A stretch of DNA of 64,000 nucleotides from the human T2T-CHM13v2.0 reference genome, Homo sapiens. This document shows positions 55,993 through 64,000 of the stretch, in pieces. The DNA lies in assembly GCF_009914755.1 (NCBI RefSeq), contig NC_060940.1. The stretch is one strand, 5' to 3'. The translations under genes and the position numbers were made by a program. A model generated the notes under the pieces. The model did not search any database. It saw nothing but the letters and a program-made list of their open reading frames with translations, and had not been told where the DNA came from. Positions within the stretch are counted from its first letter, which is position 1, and each line of letters begins with the position of its first letter.

Positions 55993-57846
55993 AAGAAATC
56001 CCTGCAACACTGGACACAGCTGATGCAAAGCAATATCTAGGCAGGGATTTTACTGGTATTTAGCATGAACGACAGGGCTCACTTTGCATGCAGTGAGGTG
56101 CAGCAGCGAGGCTGAATGGATGGAAAATCCCACTTTCGAATCTTACATAAACATCTTTCCCACATATAGTTTTCCAGTTGAAAAGCTCCTATAATAAAGC
56201 CTGAGGTGACAGCCCAAGGAGGGTTTTTAACCATTGAGATGGCTGTCAGGAGTGTTGTAAAGAGAACAGGCGCTTCAAAAGCCAACCCCCATCCCTCGGA
56301 TCTGCTTTGCGATGGTACCGGATGCGAGAGGACAGTACTCTCGCTTACCTTCCCTAGCGTCCCCTCGTTCCCATTGTCAGCCCCCAGATATCATGACGCC
56401 AGGTGAAAGAAAGCAGCTGATCTGATTAGCAGCTCGGGCGCGCTAAGGGATTGTCGAATCATGCCTCCTAAGGAGGAAACTCTTGTGGAATCTTCAGGAA
56501 AGGGTGGTAAAGTTGAAAGGACCTTTCCTCCCTCCCGCTGTCTTGGTGATAAGCTCTATCGTTTAATTGGTGCTGAAGTGAGCAGCTGCCAGCCCGATTT
56601 TCCATTACGGACTAATATTGTGCGTTTGCAACAATAAACAATTAATGTGGTTTGATTTCTTACATTTAGCAACCCAAGCAAACAGCTGCCATCTCCGCTG
56701 GTGGAGGCAAACGGCTAGTCCTTGACATGCCGCCGGCTCCGTGCCTGCGGGGGAAGGGTCAACCGCAAGGAAACTTTGAGGATTCTGCCAGACTGGGTGG
56801 GGGAAGGCTCTGGTGTTTGGGAGGAATAAGCGGAGGAAATTGTGGATACCTGTTGGCATCAGCGTTGGCGGCAGCACGTTTTTTTACCGTTTCCCAGCCT
56901 TGGCTGGATCCTGGGAGAACCGGAGTAGGTCCCTTATGAACCTCTTACGTACTGGCAGAACCTAGGCAAGAGCCTTTTTCCCTCCGATCCTGCGAGGGGC
57001 GCGACCAGCCCCTCAAAGGTTCCCGGATGAGAAGCGGCCAGACCACAGAAAGCGCAGGTCTGGGCTCAGCTGTCCCTAGGAGAGCGGCTACGGAGTCCCC
57101 GGCTTAAGGGGGCCTCCGTGCACGCAATCTCGAGTTGCGGGGAGACACTGCCTGGGGGTCCTGCAGGGGTGCTGGGCAGCGTCTTGGCGAGGGCAGAGCC
57201 GCAGGGCGACTCCGGAGCCCGGCAAGTTTGTAGCGGGCACCGCACCTCCCAGAGCTGGAGCTGCCACTTGTGGGAAAGCCTCGCGCTGGGGCTTTCGCAG
57301 CTGAGCCTTGGCCCGCAGCCCTGCCGCGGGGGTCGCCCTCCCTCGCCTCGGAGATGAGGCGGTGCAGAAAACCAGCCATAGACCACTCGGGCCCCCTCGC
57401 CTCCTTTTTTCCCTGGCTTGCACCCTCCGCACAGCGGGCTGCAGGTGCTTCCCATTCACCGCACGGACCCCGCAGTGAAGGCGCGCGGCTGCAGCCGCGC
57501 CTGCCTGCGTTGGGAAGCGGCGAAATAGCCAAGTCGCCGCAGGGAAGGAAACCGGCAGGAAAACTGGAGGGGCACAGCCTGGAGCTTGCTACTCTCTAGG
57601 ATCTGTTGTCAAAGCAGTTTGCAAAAACAGTCAGGCAAAACCTTGAGGCGTACGTACGTTATCACCCACGGATATCGCGAAAGACACAGCTTAGCCCAGA
57701 GCCTATGCTAAGAACCCTCATCCACCATCTGAGGGGCAGGAGGCGCGCAAGGTGTCCGAAGGGGCATGGGAATTCCTATAAGAAACGGTCCCTTCTGGAT
57801 AGTCGGAACATAGAGGAAAACGGGGGTGGGTTAGGGGAACACTTAC

Positions 57847-58205
57847 TCTTGTGGGGCCCTGCGCTGGCGAATGTCAAGCCTCCAGGTTCACAAATGGCTG
57901 GAGGTGCTCGGGGTTAGCTCCCGAGGGCGGCAAGCGCCGACCGGTCCTCGCTCGCTAGGCAGGCGCCTCCGGATTCCGTTCATGCCTCTCGGAGCTACAG
58001 GGCTTGGTGCGGAGACGCAGGGCGGGCGCGCTGGGCTCTGGGTGTCCGCAACCCAAAGTGCAGCTGGTGTCTTGACGCTACCGTCTATGCACAAGCCGGC
58101 GGCGGCGGCGGAGCTTGGAGGAGGCAGGGAGATTCCAAATAAATCCACTAATTCTGGGCTGAGCGCTCCGGCGTGCGAGCCCGCCTGCCTGCCAAATGTA
58201 ACTGT
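57847..58205 (-). other. CDH8: CDH8 non-coding exon 1 (3' end at 57847; 5' end/TSS approximate)
   Basis: Donor CAAGA|GTAAGT (+ strand acttac 57841-57846) inside the CpG island, downstream of the CCAAT and GC boxes. The TSS cannot be fixed from sequence alone. Confidence 0.72.
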
Positions 58206-58251
58206 GAAGTGATGTGGAAAAGTGAGCCGGGTGCCTCCCCTGACGGATCTC

Positions 58252-58335
58252 ATTGGGCAGAGCGCAGAGGCAGGTCTACCACTTGGAAATTCATGTAAGC
58301 AGTCCCCCCTCCCCGCCCCCTCCCCGCCTTCCCCC
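58252..58335 (-). promoter_or_regulatory. Proximal promoter: CCAAT box (58252-58256) and tandem GC boxes (Sp/KLF-type GGGGCGGGG, 58304-58335)
   Basis: + strand attgg and ccccctccccgccccctccccgcc just upstream of exon 1. No obvious TATA box. Confidence 0.6.
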
Positions 58336-61300
58336 TTCGCTCTCCCGCGCTGGCTCGATCGCTCTCTTTCCCCCTACCCAAGTGGGCGCACAACTTTTCG
58401 CTCCTCGCTCCCGAGCAAGCCCCGCGCGTCTCTGCCGCCAGAGCCACGAGGTGAAGATGCGCCCTTCCGCGCGGTGCGCGCAGCCCGCTGAGGACCGAGC
58501 TCCTGGATAAGTGGGCTGGCAGATAATAACAGCATGCGGATGAGGTACCTGCGAGCTTTCTCTCTAGAGGTCTCACCTGAGCTCTGGGGCTGGCGTTATG
58601 TTGAAAAGCGTCTCAGTGACCCGCAGCTATTTTCCGTAGGAGGAAGAGGACGCGACAGGGCAAAGGGTTGAGCGTGGGCAGCTTACCTCCTCTTTATTCC
58701 AAGGGCCTCTTGCGTACAGAATAGGGTGATTGTGAGACCCCTGCCTGCAACTCAGACGCTATGTAGAGGCTGTGTGTCGCGGTTCTGTGATGGAGCGCAT
58801 TCCTGATGTCCCCGTGCTCCTTTGGGAAAATGGGATGAGGGACAGCAGAGTGGCAGCCAGGAGGGGCGCGCAGTAGTTGGTTGTGGGGAGGAGGGCAGGC
58901 AAAGCAGAACTTGCTTGGGAAATAGGGGAGGAATTTCTAGGTCTTCTCAATGTGCCCTGATCTTGTCATATCCTCTCAGATACCATCCTTGCGGTTCTCC
59001 TGCCTCCACCAAGACCTGCCCTGTCTGTGGTCACTTCAAGTCTTCTGATGGGCTGCGCTCAGATCTTGAGAAATGGCCACCCTGGGGTAAAAGGGACCAT
59101 GAATCAGGAGGTCCAGATTTCTTTTCTTTTTCAACACTGGGGCTAACATGTAGACGATGCCACAGTCATCATCTTCTAATAAAATTAGATAAATATAAGA
59201 CAAATAAATTCTTACCTTAAAAAAAAAAACCCTCCCCTCCACAGGAGATCCCGATTTAGTCCCTTCCCTGTGTGCACTAGACGTGAGCCTGAGGGTGGAT
59301 TTTACCATCTGGGGACAGAGCAAGAACAGAAGGGGGAAAAAGGTGCAGGGGACAAGACGCACAGTCTGTAGAGCTTGTACTGTCTCACTCAAATTAATGA
59401 GAAAGAGTGAACAGAATGAGAAAATAGGCACAACATGCTTATGATATTTATGCAAATTTGACATTTTTTTGTGTGCTGCATCTGACAACCCATTGTGAAA
59501 TGTGAAAAAGAGTATTGGCTGTAGCTCTAATATCTGATTGTTTCATGTTCTAGCTGTCATAGGCAAGAAACTTAGTGGATTATTTCAGAGAGGGAGAGGT
59601 GAAGAGAACCAAGTGGTATTTTTTTTCCCCCAGGCAGTCACTAAGTAACTGTTTGTTCTCTTCTCAGACTGTGTCTGCTTACAGGGTATTGGAATTGGCT
59701 AATTCTGTCTTGGAAAAAGGAGCAGCAGTCAAGGCTCAATCAAATTATAACTGCTGCTAGACCAGACAGTCCCAAGTGGACAAAGAAATAGATCACATTT
59801 TGGGTTGTGCTTAATTTCAGATATTCATTTTCACTTGAACAAATAATTTGAACCGTTCCTTGGGGTAACTTCTTACATCTATGAAAACTCAAAAAAACTC
59901 ATGTGCTACTGAAAGCTGGGGATTGTCACAAGTAACAAACTTGTCTCAAAAAAAAAAAAAAAAGCCAGATTGTTAGACAATATCCTCAAATCTCATTTTC
60001 TTAACAAACTATGCTGACATAGTAAAGATAGTCAGAATCCAATGGCTTTTAAAGAGAGCCAGAATCCAATGGCTTTGGGTATCTAGGGTTAAGAAGAGTT
60101 TGCTTTGACTCATCTTGTCCATATTTACTCTTACAGCAGTTATATACATTGTCTTCCCTGAATTTTGGTCCTCTGGAATTCAGGGTAACCTGTCTATACC
60201 TGCTAATATCTGCTCAAAGCGTTACAATAGGAATTTCCTGACTAATTCTTAAGAGAGGTTTGGATGATTAAGCAGTGTGATAGAGGATTAGGATAATGTT
60301 AGAAAGCCCTATAAGGATATTTCTAAAATAATCAGGGATGCTGAAAGACAAGGCATTTATCTCTTTAACAATTCCACCCACTCTTAATAAGATGCAGTGT
60401 AATGTCACAATGGTGAAAGCCTACCCCCTTAAGAAAGTGTTTTCTTTTCAACATCCTCTCCAGGGTTACAGCCTTCCAGCGGGAAGAGGACTGTGGTACA
60501 TAGGCTTTTTAGAATGGCAAGTGAAATTGCATGTGTTGTGGAGCATTGCGGGGGAGGAAGGGTGAGGAATTATCTGATAGGGCAGGAGTATAATTGGAGA
60601 AGGAGTTGGGGGGAGGGAGAGAAGATTGCATTCAGAATAACCTTGGCTGACTAATGCAAAAAGTAGAATGAGGCAGGATGTCTCTAGCCTGGGTCTCGGT
60701 GACAGGCAGGCAGTTTTGCAGGGGAGTCTACTGTAGAGAGTGAATGAGATGGAGAGGGACTCCATGTAGTAAAATACACTTTTATTTTTTCACTATGGCT
60801 GGAATGTTTGTCGTAATTTTGACCAAGGGACACAGTAAACCAAGTGCCCAGCTAGTTGCAGAGTGGGGAATCAGATGGTTCATAGGAAACAGAGCTCAAG
60901 AAGAGGGAGACAGTGTTAGGAAGTCTCCAGCTTCTCTGGTTGGAGCAGGAGATGACAGAATGGAACATAACTATTATTTGCTGCGTTAAAATGCAATCTT
61001 TCGTCGTTTTCATTCATCAAGATAGAATTAAAAATTAAAACAAACTAAAAACAAAATGTATTTACCATATTATGATTACTGGTAACCTTTAGATTTATTG
61101 GATTGCTTGTAATGTGATATCTATGGTGCCAGGTATTATCATTTAAAATAAAATCTCAAGAATATGACATATGAAAAATGACAACTCAAATTACCATGTA
61201 ATATTTTTCCAGAAATGAAGGGTCCCTTTCCTGTGTTTCATTAGGATGAAGATATCTGAAACCATGCCCTTTATTTGGGGTATGGGGCAAGGGTAAGTAA

Positions 61301-61404
61301 TATGTAACAACTCTGGCATTAAGCTTAAGAAACTTAAATTTTATTTTGGATTCCAATATTGAAGCGTAAGTCATAAGAATTAAAACATTAAGAGAGAAGT
61401 TTTG

Positions 61405-61694
61405 GGGCTGGGCATGGTGGCTCACACCTGTAATCCTAGCACTTTGGGAGGCAGAGGTGGGCGGATCACAGGTCAGGAGACCGAGACCATCCTGGCTAAC
61501 AAGGTGAAACCCCGTCTCTACTAAAAATACAAAAATTAGCCGGGCGTAGTGGCGGGCGCCTGTAGTCCCAGCTACTCGGGAGGATGAGGCAGGAGAATGG
61601 CGTGAACCTGGAAGGCGGAACTTGCAGTGAGCCACTCCAGCCTGGGCAACAAAGTGAGACTCCGTCTCAAAAAAAAAAAAAATAAAATAAAAAA
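61405..61694 (+). mobile_element. AluY with ~16-bp internal deletion
   Basis: gagaatggcgtgaacc. gcagtgagcc joins directly to actccagcc. TSD agaagttttg. Confidence 0.92.
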
Positions 61695-61851
61695 GAAGAA
61701 GTTTTGAGAAGTTTGTAAATGTTTAAGTAAATTTAGGACAGCTTTTTTGTTTATGAATTTGCTTTAAACCATTCTCTTACTAAGATTATGAGAAGTTATT
61801 ATGGTGCTCTCATTAAACCAATGTGAGCAATTCTGGAGATTCCTTTAGACG

Positions 61852-62017
61852 AGTGGTTTTCAACCTGCAATCCGTGGACGAGCTCCTGCCTCAATATTTT
61901 CTGGAAATTTGTTAGAAATGCAAATTCTTTGACCCTGAATCTGAGTGGGGCTCAGAAATCTGGGTTTTAACAAATGTGCTAGGAGATTCTGTTACCTGCT
62001 AACATCTGAGAACACTG
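61852..62017. mobile_element. MER5A-like relic
   Basis: gtggttttcaacc...ttgttagaaatgcaaattct...tttaacaa...tgagaacactg. Confidence 0.7.
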
Positions 62018-64000
62018 CTTTAGGCAATTTCTTTCTCTTGTGACATGTATAAAGATGAGAAGGAAAAAAATAAAATAGTGTATTGTGTTAATATTTACTG
62101 TTTTTGTCCCAGAATATTCTGTTTTAAGACAAAATACTATCTTAAAAAACAAGATTTGAAAAGAAGAATAAAAATGTAAGCACACTAAATTTATCGTCTG
62201 AGTACCTCACTAATGTTTAGTATGGGATTTGAAAAACTAAATTGATTTCTTTAGAAGTAGTTATGAATTCTTGACATAAAATCATCATTGAGCTTGCTAT
62301 TCAGAGTTGTGATGCTCTACATTTCTTGGCTTGCTGGTTTTAGCTGTCCCTGAAATTAGGCCTGCATCTCTGAATATTGACTATAATTACTAATCTTGAG
62401 TTTGTCATTATACTTTCAGTAAATGGAGGTGTAAACACTTTCTGAAAACCACATCTGTGCTGAGAGCATTTTGGAGAAGGTTTTCAAAATGGCATTATCT
62501 TCCATCTTCCCAGGTACTAGAAAAGAGATAAGCTTCAATTCAGCTTCTGAACAGAAACTTGGTCGGACGGGCGGCGGGTGGGGTAGTAAATAGATTTAAG
62601 AGGACTGATACAAAGCTATCAAATAAGCCAGTCCAGGTTTTGTGGACTACACACTTAGCATATTAGTGTTTGGGTTTTTCTCTATCTTTTTTTTTCTTCT
62701 GTAGGAGAATAGCAACTAGATTAAGATTCTAGACCACTCTTGTTTAACTTAGGAGAAAAAAGGAGGAAAAAATTAAAAATAGTTCCCAATGTGTTCCAAG
62801 TAAAAAGAAGAAAGAAGAAAAAAGAGTAAGAATAAAAAAAGAAGAAAGAGGAGTAAAAAAGGTACCCCACTCCCTAAAATACTACTACTTTGGTATAACA
62901 GAGTGTATTTCATACTAAAATATAATAATTACATTTAATTAATTTTAAGTTTGGCTTAGAAGATTACCATTATTTGATATTTGCACACTTATACTAATGT
63001 GCCATTGCAGATATATAGGGGAATACAGATGTATGGAGGAGGGGAGGTGAAGGGAAAACAATTATCTTAATATGTGCAAAATGGAATTTATAGTTGTGAT
63101 TAGTTATCAAGATGCTTATTAGAGAGAAGACCACATGTATATGCAGCGGACAAATGTTACAAGATATTGAAGGGAAATTAATTATTGAGAATGTGAACAG
63201 GCTTCTTTTATTAGTCAAAGCTGGATAATACTAAGGATTTTTGTTTGTTCTTTTGCTAAAGATGCTGCCATGTGGAAATCAGGGCACTGCTTTTAGGTTG
63301 CCGTCTCCCGCCTGCATAGGCAACTAGTCCTGTTAGAATGGATGCCGAAGCTTTTTTTCTTCTACCTCAAGTGCCCTCTAGCGTGCAATATCTGTGCAGG
63401 TTGCTATGTACAAGGAGGAGGAAAGAAGAAAGAAAGAGAAATATTCTACCAATTGCTATCCTAATTCCTGAATTGCTCTGCTCTTCTTTTCTCCTTCCTC
63501 AAAGGGGTCATTTCCACCTAAGTGTTTAGCAAAACAAAAAAGGTGCTGTTGCTTTTGCATGAAAAACTAATCACTCATTCTCTAAACTGAGAAACAAATG
63601 CTAATCCTTTCTCAGGGGTTTCTTTTGAACATTCATCATAATTTTCCAGAAGTTTCATACACTCTAGTAATCAGGCAAATAAAAGAAGGTAAGTTGCTCC
63701 CTAGGAAGAAATTCTGTTTTGTTCCTCACTCCACCACGGACCAGCTATAAGGCTTTTGATGCAAAGTGATTAAACTTTCAATGGATTTTAAGTTTGTGTC
63801 TCCATAAGAGTGCATAATACTTCTTTCCATCCTCAGGGGGGTGGTGTGAGGTCTAACTGAGGTTTATAAAACAATTTCAGTTCCTTAGATACAATTCGAT
63901 ACACATTTGAACTTGACTTTCATCTTGCAACTACTAACGGGGTTTCAAATTCTCTTTGGTAGTCCATAGGGAAACTGTGATCAGGATCTGTATTTTCATA

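Larger units (their letters stand above)
56300..58900. promoter_or_regulatory. CpG island / CDH8 promoter (core ~56950-58500)
   Basis: Sharp rise in GC content and CpG density (gcgcgc, ccgcgg, ggcggcggcgg) relative to AT-rich flanks. Overlaps exon 1. Confidence 0.92.

Noticed and set aside
58096-58111. GGC/CCG repeat in exon 1 as an expansion-type locus
   Set aside because: Only about five units; common in CpG-island leaders.
56600-59220. Dense overlapping 70-140 aa ORFs on both strands
   Set aside because: Expected from stop-codon depletion in a CpG island; Pro/Ala/Arg/Gly-rich with no recognisable domain.

Overview
Primate (almost certainly human) genomic DNA holding the 5' end of the type II classical cadherin gene CDH8 on the minus strand. 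It contains a CpG-island promoter (~56.3-58.9 kb), a non-coding first exon ending at a GTAAGT donor (57847), a ~14.5-kb intron 1, and exon 2 (43369..42919, 451 nt). Exon 2 has 199 nt of 5'UTR plus 84 codons: signal peptide, propeptide, RSKR convertase site and the GWVWNQ start of EC1. The first >42.9 kb of intron 2 then runs off the left edge. The rest is Alu, L1, MIR, L2, MaLR and DNA-transposon relics plus microsatellites, and nearly all other ORFs in the track are repeat-derived or chance. There is no prokaryote-type system and no second protein-coding gene I can support. The best leads, all hypotheses, centre on exon 2. (1) The 5'UTR is densely packed with uORFs, including a stop-start relay. 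(2) An A8 tract inside a hairpin is one base away from fusing a uORF to CDH8. (3) Inverted Alus flank the exon, and a back-spliced circle would join the CDH8 N-terminus in frame to uORF1, predicting a small secreted peptide carrying the cadherin strand-swap arm. Repeat subfamilies and boundaries were called by eye and are approximate.
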